A stretch of DNA of 64,000 bases from Squalus acanthias (Eukaryota). The stretch covers positions 144,462,001 to 144,526,000 of the forward strand of contig CM059432.1 of NCBI GenBank assembly GCA_030390025.1, given 5' to 3'. The notes beneath the pieces were generated by a model. That model searched no databases. It was not told the DNA's origin and saw only the letters and a list, made by a program, of their open reading frames with translations. Positions 1-14,292 of the stretch are shown here, piece after piece. Made by a program: the position numbers and the translations under genes. Every line of letters begins with the position of its first letter. The stretch's first letter is position 1.

Positions 1-3000
1 GAGTACTGGATTATTACCCCACTCCCCCCATAGAGTACAGGATTATTACCCCGCTCCCCCCATAGAGTACTAGATTATTACCCCAGTCCCCCACAGAGTA
101 CTGGATTATTACCCCACTCCCCCCATAGAGTACAGGATTATTACCCCGATCCCCCCCATAGAGTACTGGATTATTACCCCACTCCCCGCATAGAGTACAG
201 GATTATTACCCCACTCCCCTCCAAAGAGTACAGGATTATTACCCCACTCCCCCCATCGAGTACAGGATTATTACCCCACTCCCCCCATAGAGTACTGGAT
301 TATTGCCCCACTGCCCCCTTAGAATAAAGGACTATTACCCCACTCCCCCATAGAGTACAGGATTATTACCCCACTCCCCCATAGAGTACTGGATTATTAC
401 CCCACCCACCCCCATAGAGTATAGGATTATTACCCCACACCCCCATAACATACAGGATTATTACCCCACTCCCCCCATAGAGTACAGTATTATTACCCTA
501 CACCCCCATAGAGTACTGGATTATTACCCCACTCCCCCCATAGAATACAGGATTATTACCCCACTTCCTCCCATAGAGTACAGGATTATTACCCCACTCA
601 CCCCATAGAGTACTGGATTATTACCCAACTCCCCCCATAGAGTACTGGATTATTACCCCGCTCCCCCTATAGAGTACTGGATTATTAGCCCACTCCCCCA
701 TAGAGTACAGGATTATTACCCCACACCCCCCCGAGAGTACAGGATTATTACCCCACTCCCCCCATAGAGTACTGGATTATTACCACACTCCCCCCATAGA
801 GTACAGGATTATTACCCCACTCCACCCATAGAGTACTGGATTATTAGCCCACTCCCCCCATAGAGTACTGGATTATTACCCCACTCCCCCCATAGAGTAC
901 AGGATTATTATCCCACTCCCCCATAGAGTACTGGATTATTACCCCACACCCCCCATAGAGTACAGGATTATTACCTCACTCCCCCCATAGAGTACAGGAT
1001 AATTACCCCACTCCCCCCATAAAGTACAGGATAATTACCCCACTCCCCCCATAGAGTACTGGATTATTACCCCACTCCCCCCACAGAGTACAGGATTATT
1101 ACCCCACTCCCCCCATAGAGTACTGGATTATTACCGCACTCCCCCATAGAGTACAGGATTATTACCCCACTCCCCCCATAGAGTACTGGATTATTACCCC
1201 ACACCCCCCATAGAGTACTGGATAATTACCCCACTCCCCCATAGAGTACAGGATTATTACCCCACTCCACCCATAGAGTACAGGATTATTAACCAACTCC
1301 CCCCATAGATTACAGGATTATTACCCCACTCCCCCCATAGAGTACAGGATTATTACACCACTCCCCCCATAGAGTACTGGATTATTACCCCACTCCCCCC
1401 ATAGAGTACTGGATTATTACCCCACTCCCCCCATAGAGTACTGGATTATTACCCCGCTCCCCCCATAGAGTACTGGATTATTAGCCCACTCCCCCATAGA
1501 GTACAGGATTATTAGCCCACACCCCCCCGAGAGTACAGGATTATTACCCCACTCCCCCCATAGAGTACTGGATTATTACCACACTCCCCCCATAGAGTAC
1601 AGGATTATTACCCCACTCCCCCCATAGAGTACTGGATTATTAGCCCACTCCCCCCCATAGATTACTGGATTATTACCCCACTCCCCCCATAGAGTACAGG
1701 ATTATTATCCCACTCCCCCACAGGGTACTGGATTATTACCCCACACCCCCCATAGAGTACAGGATTATTACCCCACTCCCCCCATAGAGTACAGGATAAT
1801 TACCCCACTCCCCCCATAGAGTACAGGATAATTACCCCACTCCCCCCATAGAGTACTGGATTATTACCCCACTCCCCCCACAGAGTACAGGATTATTACC
1901 CCACTCCCCCCATAGAGTACTGGATTATTACCGCACTCCCCCATAGAGTACATGATTATTACCCCACTCCACCCATAGAGTACTGGATTATTACCCCACT
2001 CCTCCCATAGATTACAGGATTATTACCCCACTCCTCCCATAGAGTACAGGATTATTACCCCACTCCCCCCATAGAGTACATGATTATTACCCAACTCCAC
2101 CCATAGAGTACAGAATTATTAACCAACTCCCCCCATAGATTACAGGATTATTACCCCACTCCCCCCATAGAGTACAGGATTATTACCCCACTCCCCCCAT
2201 AGAGTACAGGATTATTACCCCACTCCCCCCATAGAGTATTGGATTATTACCCCACTCCCCCCATAGAGTACTGGATTATTACCCCACACCCCCCATATAT
2301 TACAGGATTAATACCCCACTCCCCCCATCGAGTACAGGATTATCACCCCACTCCCCCCCCCAGAGTACAGGATTATTACCCCACTCCCCCCATAGAGTAC
2401 AGGATTATTACCCCACTCCCCCCATAGAGTACAGGATTATTACCCCACTCCCCCCGTAGAGTACAGGATTATTACCGCACTCCCCCATAGAGTACATGAT
2501 TATTACCCCACTCCACCCATAGAGTACAGGATTATTAACCAACTCCCCCCATAGATTACAGGATTATTACCCCACTCCTCCCATAGAGTACAGGATTATT
2601 ACCCCACTCCCCCCATAGAGTACATGATTATTACCCAACTCCACCCATAGAGTACAGAATTATTAACCAACTCCCCCCATAGATTACAGGATTATTACCC
2701 CACTCCCCCCATAGAGTACAGGATTATTACCCCACTCCCCCCATAGAGTACAGGATTATTACCCCACTCCCCCCATAGAGTATTGGATTATTACCCCACT
2801 CCCCCCATAGAGTACTGGATTATTACCCCACTCCCCCCATAGATTACAGGATTAATACCCCACTCCCCCCATCGAGTACAGGATTATCACCCCACTCCCC
2901 CCCCCAGGGTACAGGATTATTACCCCACTCCCCCCATAGAGTACAGGATTATTACCCCACTCCCCCCGTAGAGTACAGGATTATTGCCCCATCCCCCCAT

Positions 3001-6000
3001 AGGGTACTGGATTATTGCCCCACTCCCCCCATAGAGTACAGGATTATTACCCCACTCCCCCCATAGAGTACTGGATTATTGCCCCACTCCCCACATATAG
3101 TACTGGATTATTACCCCACTCCCACCATAGAGTACTGGATTATTATCACACTCCCACATAGAGGACAGGATTATAACCCCACTCCCCCCATAGAGTACTG
3201 GATTATTGCCCCACTCCACACAAAGAGTACAGGATTATTACCACCCCCTCATAGAGTACAGGATTATTGCCCCACTCCCCCCATAGAGTACTGGATTATT
3301 ACCCCACTCCCCTCATAGAGAACAGGATTATTACCCCACTCCCCCCATAGAGTACTGGATTATTGCCCCACTCCCCCCATAGAGTACTGGATTATTACCC
3401 CACTCCCCCCATAGAGTACAGGATTATTACCCCACTCCCCCCATAGAGTACAGGATTATTACCCCACTCCCCCCCCCCCCCCAAGAGTACAGGATTATTA
3501 CCCCACTCCCCCCATAGAGTACTGGATTATTACCGCACTCCCCCATAGAGTACAGGATTATTACCCCACTCCCCCCATAGAGTACTGGATTATTACCCCA
3601 CACCCCCCATAGAGTACTGGATAATTACCCCACTCCCCCATAGAGTACAGGATTATTACCCCACTCCACCCATAGAGTACAGGATTATTAACCAACTCCC
3701 CCCATAGATTACAGGATTATTACCCCACTCCCCCCATAGAGTACAGGATTATTACACCACTCCCCCCATAGAGTACTGGATTATTACCCCACTCCCCCCA
3801 TAGAGTACTGGATTATTACCCCACTCCCCCCATAGAGTACTGGATTATTACCCCGCTCCCCCCATAGAGTACTGGATTATTAGCCCACTCCCCCATAGAG
3901 TACAGGATTATTAGCCCACACCCCCCCGAGAGTACAGGATTATTACCCCACTCCCCCCATAGAGTACTGGATTATTACCACACTCCCCCCATAGAGTACA
4001 GGATTATTACCCCACTCCCCCCATAGAGTACTGGATTATTAGCCCACTCCCCCCCATAGATTACTGGATTATTACCCCACTCCCCCCATAGAGTACAGGA
4101 TTATTATCCCACTCCCCCACAGGGTACTGGATTATTACCCCACACCCCCCATAGAGTACAGGATTATTACCCCACTCCCCCCATAGAGTACAGGATAATT
4201 ACCCCACTCCCCCCATAGAGTACAGGATAATTACCCCACTCCCCCCATAGAGTACTGGATTATTACCCCACTCCCCCCACAGAGTACAGGATTATTACCC
4301 CACTCCCCCCATAGAGTACTGGATTATTACCGCACTCCCCCATAGAGTACATGATTATTACCCCACTCCACCCATAGAGTACTGGATTATTACCCCACTC
4401 CTCCCATAGATTACAGGATTATTACCCCACTCCTCCCATAGAGTACAGGATTATTACCCCACTCCCCCCATAGAGTACATGATTATTACCCAACTCCACC
4501 CATAGAGTACAGAATTATTAACCAACTCCCCCCATAGATTACAGGATTATTACCCCACTCCCCCCATAGAGTACAGGATTATTACCCCACTCCCCCCATA
4601 GAGTACAGGATTATTACCCCACTCCCCCCATAGAGTATTGGATTATTACCCCACTCCCCCCATAGAGTACTGGATTATTACCCCACACCCCCCATATATT
4701 ACAGGATTAATACCCCACTCCCCCCATCGAGTACAGGATTATCACCCCACTCCCCCCCCCAGAGTACAGGATTATTACCCCACTCCCCCCATAGAGTACA
4801 GGATTATTACCCCACTCCCCCCATAGAGTACAGGATTATTACCCCACTCCCCCCGTAGAGTACAGGATTATTACCGCACTCCCCCATAGAGTACATGATT
4901 ATTACCCCACTCCACCCATAGAGTACAGGATTATTAACCAACTCCCCCCATAGATTACAGGATTATTACCCCACTCCTCCCATAGAGTACAGGATTATTA
5001 CCCCACTCCCCCCATAGAGTACATGATTATTACCCAACTCCACCCATAGAGTACAGAATTATTAACCAACTCCCCCCATAGATTACAGGATTATTACCCC
5101 ACTCCCCCCATAGAGTACAGGATTATTACCCCACTCCCCCCATAGAGTACAGGATTATTACCCCACTCCCCCCATAGAGTATTGGATTATTACCCCACTC
5201 CCCCCATAGAGTACTGGATTATTACCCCACTCCCCCCATAGATTACAGGATTAATACCCCACTCCCCCCATCGAGTACAGGATTATCACCCCACTCCCCC
5301 CCCCAGGGTACAGGATTATTACCCCACTCCCCCCATAGAGTACAGGATTATTACCCCACTCCCCCCGTAGAGTACAGGATTATTGCCCCATCCCCCCATA
5401 GGGTACTGGATTATTGCCCCACTCCCCCCATAGAGTACAGGATTATTACCCCACTCCCCCCATAGAGTACTGGATTATTGCCCCACTCCCCACATATAGT
5501 ACTGGATTATTACCCCACTCCCACCATAGAGTACTGGATTATTATCACACTCCCACATAGAGGACAGGATTATAACCCCACTCCCCCCATAGAGTACTGG
5601 ATTATTGCCCCACTCCACACAAAGAGTACAGGATTATTACCACCCCCTCATAGAGTACAGGATTATTGCCCCACTCCCCCCATAGAGTACTGGATTATTA
5701 CCCCACTCCCCTCATAGAGAACAGGATTATTACCCCACTCCCCCCATAGAGTACTGGATTATTGCCCCACTCCCCCCATAGAGTACTGGATTATTACCCC
5801 ACTCCCCCCATAGAGTACAGGATTATTACCCCACTCCCCCCATAGAGTACAGGATTATTACCCCACTCCCCCCCCCCCCCCAAGAGTACAGGATTATTAC
5901 CCCACTCCCCCATAGAGTACTGGATTATTACCCCACTCCACCCATAGAGTACAGGATTATTACCCCACTCCCTCCATATAGTACAGGATTATTACCCAAC

Positions 6001-7461
6001 TCCTCCCATAGAGTACTGGATTATTACCCCACTCCCACATAGAGGACAGGATTATTACCCCACTCCCACCATAGAGTACAGGATTATCACCCCACTCCCC
6101 CCCATAGAGTACTGGATTATTGCCCCACTCCACACAAAGAGTACAGGATTATTACCCCCCCCCCATAGAGTACAGGATTATTGACCCACTAACCCCATAG
6201 AGTACTGGATTATTACCCCACTCCCCCATAGAGAACAGGATTATTACCCCACTCCCCCCATAGAGTACTGGATAATTACCACACTCCTCCCGTAGAGTAC
6301 AGGATTATTACCCCACTCCCCCCATAGAGTACAGGATTATTACCCCACTCCACCCATCGAGTACAGGATTATTACCCCACTCCCCCCATAGAGTACAGGA
6401 TTATTACCCCACTCCCCCCACAGATTACAGGATTTTTACCCCACTCCCCCCATCGAGAACAGGATTATTACCCCACTCCCCCCATAGAGTACAGGATTAT
6501 CACACCACTCCCCCCATAGAGTACAGGATTATTACCCCACTCCCCCCGTAGAGTACAGGATTATTACCCCACTCCCTCCATATAGTACAGGATAATTACC
6601 CAACTCCTCCCATAGAGTACTGGATTATTGCCCCACTCCCCCCATAGAGTACTGGATTATTGCCCCACTCCCCCCCATAGAGTACTGGATTATTACTCCA
6701 CTCCTTCCATAGAGTACAGGATTATTACCCCGCTCCCCCCCATAGAGTACAGGATTATTACCCCACTCCCCCGCATAGAGTACAGGATTATTACCCCACT
6801 CCCCTCAGAGTACTGGATTATTACCCCACTCCTCCCATAGAGTACAGGATTATTACCCCACTCCCCCCATAGATTACAGGATTATTACCCCACTCCCCCT
6901 ATAGAGTACTGGATTATTACCCCACTCCCCGTATAGCGTACAGGATTATTACCCCACTCCCCCCATAGAGTACAGGATTATTACCCCACTCCCCATATAG
7001 AGTACAGGATTATTACCCCACTCCACCCATAGAGTACAGGATTATTACTCCACTCACCCCATAGAGTACAGGATTATTACCCCACTCCCCCCATAGAGTA
7101 CAGGATTATTACCCCACTCCCCCCATAGAGTACAGGATTATTACCCCACTCCCCCCATAGAGTACTGGATTATTACCCCACTCCCCCCATAGAGTACAGG
7201 ATTATTACCCCACTCCCCTCAGAGTATAGGATTATTACCACACTCCCCCCATAGAGTACAGGTTTATTACCCCACTTCCCCCATAGAGTACAGGATTATT
7301 ACCCCACTCCCCCCATAGAGTACTGGATTATTACCCCACTCCCCCATTCGTGTACAGGATTATTACCCCACTCCCCCATGGAGTACTGGATTATTACCCC
7401 CATAGAGTACTGGATTATTACCCCACTCCCCCCATAGAGTACAGGATTATTATCCCACTCC
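1..7461. repeat. 32-bp tandem satellite (CATAGAGTACWGGATTATTACCCCACTCCCCC)n, about 230 units, runs off the window start
   Basis: Unit recurs continuously with period about 32 (gagtac at 1 and 33); ends at the transition to unique sequence near 7461. Confidence 0.98.
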
Positions 7462-7899
7462 TTGTGTCAATGCAGGACAATTACCCCCATCCTTTCTTCC
7501 TTCAGTATCTGTGATTATCTCCAGTCTGGAACCATATACAATTTTATCACCGTTCCTCCCTTTCCAGATATTTGTAATCTTTCTTTCCAAACTCCCTCTA
7601 CCAACAATTACAGAGATTACAAAACACATCCAATTCTTATTTGCTCTTTTGAAAATTGTAACAAGTCGGAACAGGATTTGTGAAAGCACAAATTACTCTG
7701 TTTGCATCAGCACAGCCAGAGTCCTTCCACACATTTTTGTCAATCACTGCCGTAAAAAAATAATCACAGAGTATAAGGAATTATTTTGGTTCTTCTGATA
7801 ATATGGTTGTGAGCTAACTGCCAATTCCCAAAGCTTTGCACTGCACATTGAACTATCCCTTCGCCCAACCCAATCTCTCGCAATGAACCCAGGAGCCAC

Positions 7900-8516
7900 A
7901 TTGAGCATTCTGCCCCCGCGCATGGCGCAGTCTGCCCCCGCACATGGAGCAGTCTGCCCCCCGTGCATGGAGCAGTCTGCCCCTCCCCGCGCACGGCGCA
8001 GTTTGCCCCCCCGCGCATAGAGTAGTCTGCCTCCCCGCGCATGGAGCAGTCTGCCCCTCGCGCATTGATTAGTCTGCCCCCACACATGGAGCAGTCTGCC
8101 TCCCCGCGCATGGAGCAGTCTGCCCCCCCGAGCATTGAGTAGTCTGCCACTGCGCATGGAGCAGTCTGCCCCCGCGCATGGAGCAGTCTGCCCCCACGCA
8201 TGGAGCAGTCTGTCACCGCGCATGGAGCAGTCTGCCCCCGCGCATGGAGCAGTCTGCCCCCACGCATGGAGCAGTCTGTCACCGCGCATGGAGCAGTCTG
8301 CCCCCGCGCATGGAGCAATCTGCCCCCGCGCATGGAGCAGTCTGCCCCAGCGCATGGAGCAGTCTGCCCCCGCGCATGGTGCAGTCTGACCCCACGCATG
8401 GAGCAGTCTGCCCCCACGCATGGAGCAGTCTGCCACCGCGAATTGAGTAGTCTGCCCCCGCGCATGGAGCAGTCTGCCCCAGCGCATGGAGCAGTCTGCC
8501 CCCGCGCATGGTGCAG
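7900..8516. repeat. 22-bp CpG-rich minisatellite (GCATGGAGCAGTCTGCCCCCGC)n
   Basis: About 28 tandem copies, period 22 (8154 to 8176). Confidence 0.95.
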
Positions 8517-9809
8517 GCCGCCCTTTGCAAAATGGAGCATTCTGCACCAGTGACTCGTGGACCCATGTTGAGGAGTGTGGGAAGATTCAATCATTGCTGA
8601 TTTTCCGCGGTAAACGTGGGCAAGTCCAAAATGCCAACTGCCCGAATCGAATGTTTGTGTATTTACATTTTAGTTTAAAGATGATGGTTCATTCAGTGCA
8701 CAAAATGCCATCGTTCAAAGTTTCCAGACTCAATATTGAGGAAGTGCGACTCAGATATTGGATTTGTGAAAAGTTACAGTTCCCATCACCTGGACCCCTC
8801 TCTGCTCTTCTGCCATCATCACAGAAATGGACTTTTGAGGAGACTCAAGGATTCATGATTCATATAAATGTAAGGATGATGCTCTTTTGAATGATACATT
8901 CAATAACACGCACAGAGATGGGAAGCCTTGAAGACCTCCTTCAGACGGCGTCTGCCTTGCCACTCTTGCCTCTGAGTCAGAAGGTTGCTCAAGCCTCGTA
9001 ACATGAGATTGAGCTCAATCGAAGCTCACTCCAGCATGTTGTTCAGATGTTGCGGTATTGTTGGGGAGATGCTGCTCCTCAGGTAAGGCCCCCGTTTGTC
9101 AGTTGCCACCGACTGCTCAGTAAGCCTGATGCAATATATCCTTCTCTGGAGCGGTGTGCCCCTTTATACTGATAAACGACCAGCTAGTTTGCAATGCTTC
9201 ACAGCAGGGGAAACACTGATTAGCAGAGGTTGCTGCTACAGTGACCAGCTCCCGAGTGTCTTAAACACCTGCAGTCATTCAAGCCCCAGGCTTAGATTGA
9301 GCGATAACTGTGAATGTCCCCAGACTGTCTACATCCCCTGCCAAATGACTGCAATCGTATTTTCAGAAAACATTAGGGAAAACTTGAAAGGGACCTGTTT
9401 TCTAAAAATCAGAATGAGCAATCCACTGTATTGGAACTGGTTCTGTGAGAAGGCAACTTGAACTGAGTGTAAACACACAGTGAAAGAGCATTTCATGCCA
9501 CTTTAATACAGCACTAAGGTGGACAGAATCACGTATCTTTTCACAGCTGGGGGCAGCCTTGTTCCCATCCTATACCCTGTAAACATCAGGGCAAATCTTT
9601 CAGATTCTGGCCAGCATGGACTCTCAAACAATCTTCACCACGATCAAGAAACCTTGGACACTGGCCGTTCCCAGGGAACCCTTCGGCTGAGCGTTGAAGG
9701 TCTTTTAGCTGCAGAACGCTCTATTCTCCAGTCCGTTGCCTTCAAACATTACATAACCTGGATGTAAACTGCCTTCAGAGTACCACATGGCAACTCCCTT
9801 TCTTCCAGT

Positions 9810-10118
9810 CACAGCTGGATGGCCAGGGACCCACAGCTGGATGGCCAGGGACCCACAGCTGGAGGGCCAGGGACCCACAGCTGGAGGGCCAGGGACCCAC
9901 AGCTGGATGGCCAGGGACCCACAGCTGGAGGGCCAGGGACCCACAGCTGGAGGGCCAGGGACCCACAGCTGGAGGGCCAGGAACCCACAGCTGGAGGGCC
10001 AGGGACCCACAGCTGGAGGGCCAGGGACCCACAGCTGGTTGGCCAGGGACCCACAGCTGGATGGCCAGGAACCCACAGCTGGATGGCCAGGGACCCACAG
10101 CTGGTTGGCCAGGGAGCC
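9810..10118. repeat. 22-bp minisatellite (GGGACCCACAGCTGGAGGGCCA)n, about 14 copies
   Basis: Direct tandem copies with period 22, ending at the CR1 5' junction. Confidence 0.95.
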
Positions 10119-11497
10119 CGGCAGACTGGAAAACTGCTAATGTAACACCCTTATTTAAAAAGGGCAGTAGACAGAAGGCTGGTAACTATAGACCGGTTAG
10201 CCTAACATCTGTGGTAGGTAAAATTTTGGAGTCCATTATTAAGGAAACAGTAACAGGACATTTGGATAATCATAATTTAATAGGACAAAGTCAGCATGGT
10301 TTTACGAAGGGGAAGTCATGTTTGACAAATTTGCTGGAGTTCTTTGAGGAAGTAACATATAGAGTGGATAAAGGGGAACCAGTGGACGTAGTGTATTTAG
10401 ACTTCCAAAAGGCATTTGACAAGGTGCCACACAAAAGATTATTGCTTAAGGTAAAAAATCACGGGATTGGGGGTAATATTCTGGCATGGATAGAGGATTG
10501 GCTATCTAACAGAAAGCAAAGAGTTGGGATAAATGGTTCATTCTCAGACTGGCAATCAGTAACTAGTGGTGTTCCACAGGGGTCAGTGCTGGGTCCCCAA
10601 CTCTTCACAATCTATATTAACGATTTGGAGGAAGGGACCAAGTGTAACATATCAAAATTTGCAGATGATACAAAGATGGGAGGGAAAGTAGTGAGTGAGG
10701 AGGACATAAAAAACCTGCAAGGGGACATAGACAGGCTAAGTAAGTGGGCAGAGATTTGGCAGATGGAATACAACACTGGAAAGTGTGAGGTGATGCACTT
10801 TGGCAGGAAAAATCCTAGAGCAATTTATTATCTTAATGGCAAGAAACTGGAGAGTACTGAAGTGCAAAGGGATCTGGGGGTCCTGGTGCACGAAATTCAA
10901 AAGGTTAGTATGCAGGTGCAGCAAGTGATTAAGAAGGCAAATGGAATGTTGGCTTTCATTGCTAGGGGGATAGAATATAAAAATAGGGAGGTATTGCTTC
11001 AGTTGTACAAGGTATTGGTGAGACCGCACCTGGAATACTGCATACAGTTTTGGTGTCCTTACTTAAGGAAAGACATCCTTGCTCTCGAGGCAGTGCAAAA
11101 AAGGTTCACTCGGTTAATCCCGGGGATGAGGGGGTGGTCATATGAGGAGAGGTTGGGTAGATTGGGACTCTACTCATTGGAGTTCAGAAGAATGAGAGGC
11201 GATCTTATTGAAACATATAAGATTGTGAAGGGGTTGGATCGGGTGGATGCGGGGAGGATGTTCCCGATGACGGGTGAGACGAGAACTAGGGGACATAGTC
11301 TTAGAATAAGGGGCTGCTCTTTCAAAACTGAGATGAGGAGGAACTACTTCACTCAGAGGGTGGTAGGTCCATGGAATATGCTGCCACAAAAAGCTGTAGA
11401 AGCTACAACATTAATTAAATTTAAAACAGAAATAGACAGTTTCCTAGAAGTAAAGGGCATTAAGGGTTACGGGGAGCGGGCAGGAATTTGGACATGA
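10119..11497 (+). CDS. CR1 ORF2 C-terminal half (reverse transcriptase), endonuclease missing
   Basis: ORF track 10061..11497; RT motifs QGSVLGP and FADD; the first about 19 aa of the called ORF come from the minisatellite. Confidence 0.85.
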
Positions 11498-11744
11498 GTC
11501 TAGGTTCGGATCGGTCATGGCCCTGTGGGTAGTGGAGCGGGCCCAGGGACTGTGTAGCCTGATTCTGCTCCTATTTCGTGTGTGCAATTCTGTTAGATGC
11601 AGGAGATGGTTCTGTGATAGATAGTAGATTGGCGGTTAGGATCAGATCAGCCATGATCTTATTGAATGGCGGAGCAGGCTCGAGGGGCCGATTGGCCTAC
11701 TCCTGCTCCTATTTCTTATGTTCTTATGTTCTTATGTTCTTATG
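10119..11744 (+). mobile_element. 5'-truncated young CR1 LINE (RT region, 3' UTR, (TTCTTATG)n tail)
   Basis: Uninterrupted frame PADWKTANV...YLDFQKAFDKVPH...SGVPQGSVLGP...FADD to the stop at 11497; CR1-type 3' hairpin and four 8-mer tail repeats; candidate AGCC target duplication at 10115-10118 and 11745-11748. Confidence 0.95.
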
Positions 11745-12899
11745 AGCCACATTTTCACTGCCTGCTCACTTGGTTGTGAAACTGGGAACACAGTGATTTA
11801 TACGCCGGGCCGCTCCTTGGCCTCCGACTGCCAGCCCCCTTCTCCCTTCCTCTCTCAAAGGTAGTGATTTGTGAGGGTGATTCCGCCAATCCAGTGCCCT
11901 CCGAGGGAGCCATGTTCACAGAGAGCGTGGGACAGAGAGACGGGGCTACAGTGTTCTCACCAGGGCAGTCCCGTCACTGTGGTTTTTAATCCTGAAGAGA
12001 ATTGATCAGACCGACAGCTCTTTTCAGCTGTTAAAATGTGAGTTCAGTGCAGTAGGTTGGCAGGGTTAGTCTTTGCTCCATTGGTCTTTACATTGGCTGC
12101 TTTCACAGTGCAGCCGATTCCCATCATTACAGGTGCCAATGCTTGGGGGAACCAGCGTTTATTTTCCTGTTTTATTATACACTATGGGCATTAGATCAGT
12201 GTCCAAGAAGACGTTATCCACTGACACAAGTACAGTATAAAAGCAGCAAGAAAACGTGCGTTCCACACTATTAGAAATTGCTGTAAACATTCAGCAACAC
12301 AGAGAGGCCAGGCACATGCAGGAAGTGAACATGCTATTGTCACAGGGAGGAGCAGCGAGAAGTCTCGTCTGTTTCCTAAAGGGAGGGAAAATGGAAGGGA
12401 GGGAAAACAGGCTTTTGCCACCTCAAAGGAGTCCTTTCTCACAAAAAGCAGTTAAACTTGTTATCAATCAACTTTACTTTTTAGGTGGATAGATGTGCGG
12501 CTCACAGACTCCTGGCATTTGTGGAATTTCGATCGCTTTTGACGTCTGAGCCACCTATCAAATGGCTTGCTGTATTCAGACAGATAACGTGACACTGAGG
12601 CCGGCATTCATTATCATCGGCAAAACATGGGAGATGCTGCTGATGGGATCAACAGTACGTTTAGGCAAACAACTGGCCCCATCCTTCCAGAAGTCATAGC
12701 TATTTCTAGGCAAACTTAACTGTCAAATCAGTTTCCCCCCCCCTTGCAAACATTAAAGAACTGTTTTCAGAAGGCAGCTAACAGAAGTCCATTTTAAATT
12801 CACATCTCATACAAGAAAAGTAATGGAGATTCTAACGGTTTGAAGCACAATGGTGCCCAGGTGTCACTGGGAGTAATCTGCTGTCTGCTCTCTCCTCCA

Positions 12900-13008
12900 T
12901 TAAAGCAGTCACCACGCTTCAAAAGTACTTCATTGGCTGTGAAGAGCTTTGGGACATCCTGAGAATGTGAAAGGCGCCGTATCAATGCAAGTTCCTTCTT
13001 TTCTTTCA
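12900..13008 (+). mobile_element. SINE 3' tail fragment (L2-type tail)
   Basis: cttcaaaagtacttcattggctgtgaag...gaaaggcgccgtatcaatgcaagtt matches the tails of the full-length SINEs in this window. Confidence 0.75.
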
Positions 13009-13087
13009 CAGGGAATGATGTTGGTGGTGTGTGAAGCCAGAGAGAGAAAACTTCAAAAGGGGGAAAAAGAGGAATGGACAAAAAGAA

Positions 13088-13362
13088 ATAGAAACATAGA
13101 AACATAGAATCTAGGAGCAGGAGTAGGCCATTCGGCCCGTCGAGCCTGTTCCACCATTCAATACGATCATGGCTGATCATCCAAATCCAGTACCCTGTCC
13201 CTGCTTTAATCCCCACAATACACATATCCCACACTACCCCCGTAACCCCACGTATTTAATTCCCCCTAACATATCCCATCCCCCCACATATTTAATCCCC
13301 CCCTAACACTAAGGGTCAATTTAACATAGCCAAATCAACCTAACCCGCACATTTTTGGAATG
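13088..13362 (-). mobile_element. Truncated SINE with CR1-derived 3' tail (HE1/V-SINE-like)
   Basis: 13088-13205 is the CR1 3' end (atagaaac repeats, gagcaggagtaggccattcggccc); 13305-13360 (aagggtcaatttaacatagccaaatcaacctaacccgcacatttttgg) resembles the V-SINE core as I recall it. Confidence 0.6.
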
Positions 13363-13849
13363 GAAAAGGAATGACCAAAACAATAAAGAACTAGGGGCGA
13401 GGATTGTTCTGCTGGTAGAATCTCGGAGCAGGTTAGCTGCCGACACCGATCGTAGTTTGCATGGTGGCAGCACTAACTTGCAGATGAAGCTCAGTTTCTA
13501 ACCCTTTCCCTTTCTAGTGGTGGCAGTGGGGAATTGTCATCTGGGGGCTCAATGGAGGAAAGGGAGCAGTGATACACTAACCTGCCACCTGAGTTTCCTC
13601 AGAATTTGGCGGTGCAACTAACAAAAGGAAGGGAGGTCTAATAGAGGCCAGGGTTACCTCCACTGTGTTGCATTACGCACTGACCCTTAGTGACTCTCAG
13701 TATGCCACCAGTATTTAGTTAGAACAACCACTCTAAGCATCCTAACACAAAGTCCAACAAGGAGACATTAGCATATTAGAATTTGCTGCTGAATAATACT
13801 AATGTCACACCATCCCACCAGCATGCAAATCTTTCCAGCATGCTGAAAC

Positions 13850-14292
13850 TTGTATCTCTTTCCAATTTTCTCCCTGCTCTGAAGGCTGTGTCCTCTGACT
13901 CATGCTGAGGCGTCATGGACACCGGCAACCCTCCGATACGTTGTCCAAGTGACTATACATTTCTGAGCCCAGATAGCCAATGTCAGCAGGCTATTTGGCT
14001 GCGTGGGCCATCGCTGATAAACCCAGTCCTGTTCTCACCCAAAGTCCCAATATGCACTTCTCAACAGTAATGAGCAGGAACCTAGACTGATCTACGCGCC
14101 CCCCCCCGGCCCCAGCCCAGCCCAGCCCACAGCCCAGGGGTACTGAGGCCAGTTGCAATGCACATGGTCCCTAATTCCCTGCTGAGATCAACTAACTCAA
14201 CATAGAATGGTAATCAAACCTGGGACCTTCTCATTCTGTGTGGCCCAACTGTGCGTTGTATAGTTCATTTAACATCCGCGCCATTGGGGAGC
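13850..14292 (-). mobile_element. Old degenerate tRNA-headed SINE-like repeat
   Basis: Minus strand aaggtcccaggtttgatt...tgttgagttagttgatctcag recurs in degraded form near 15505, 39080 and 57610. Confidence 0.4.

Noticed and set aside
1..7461. CRISPR-like 32-bp periodic repeat and its small ORFs
   Set aside because: Units are contiguous with no unique spacers, no cas genes, and the context is eukaryotic.
7744..8594. 267-276 aa Cys/Ala/Gly-rich ORFs
   Set aside because: Translations of the 22-bp minisatellite.
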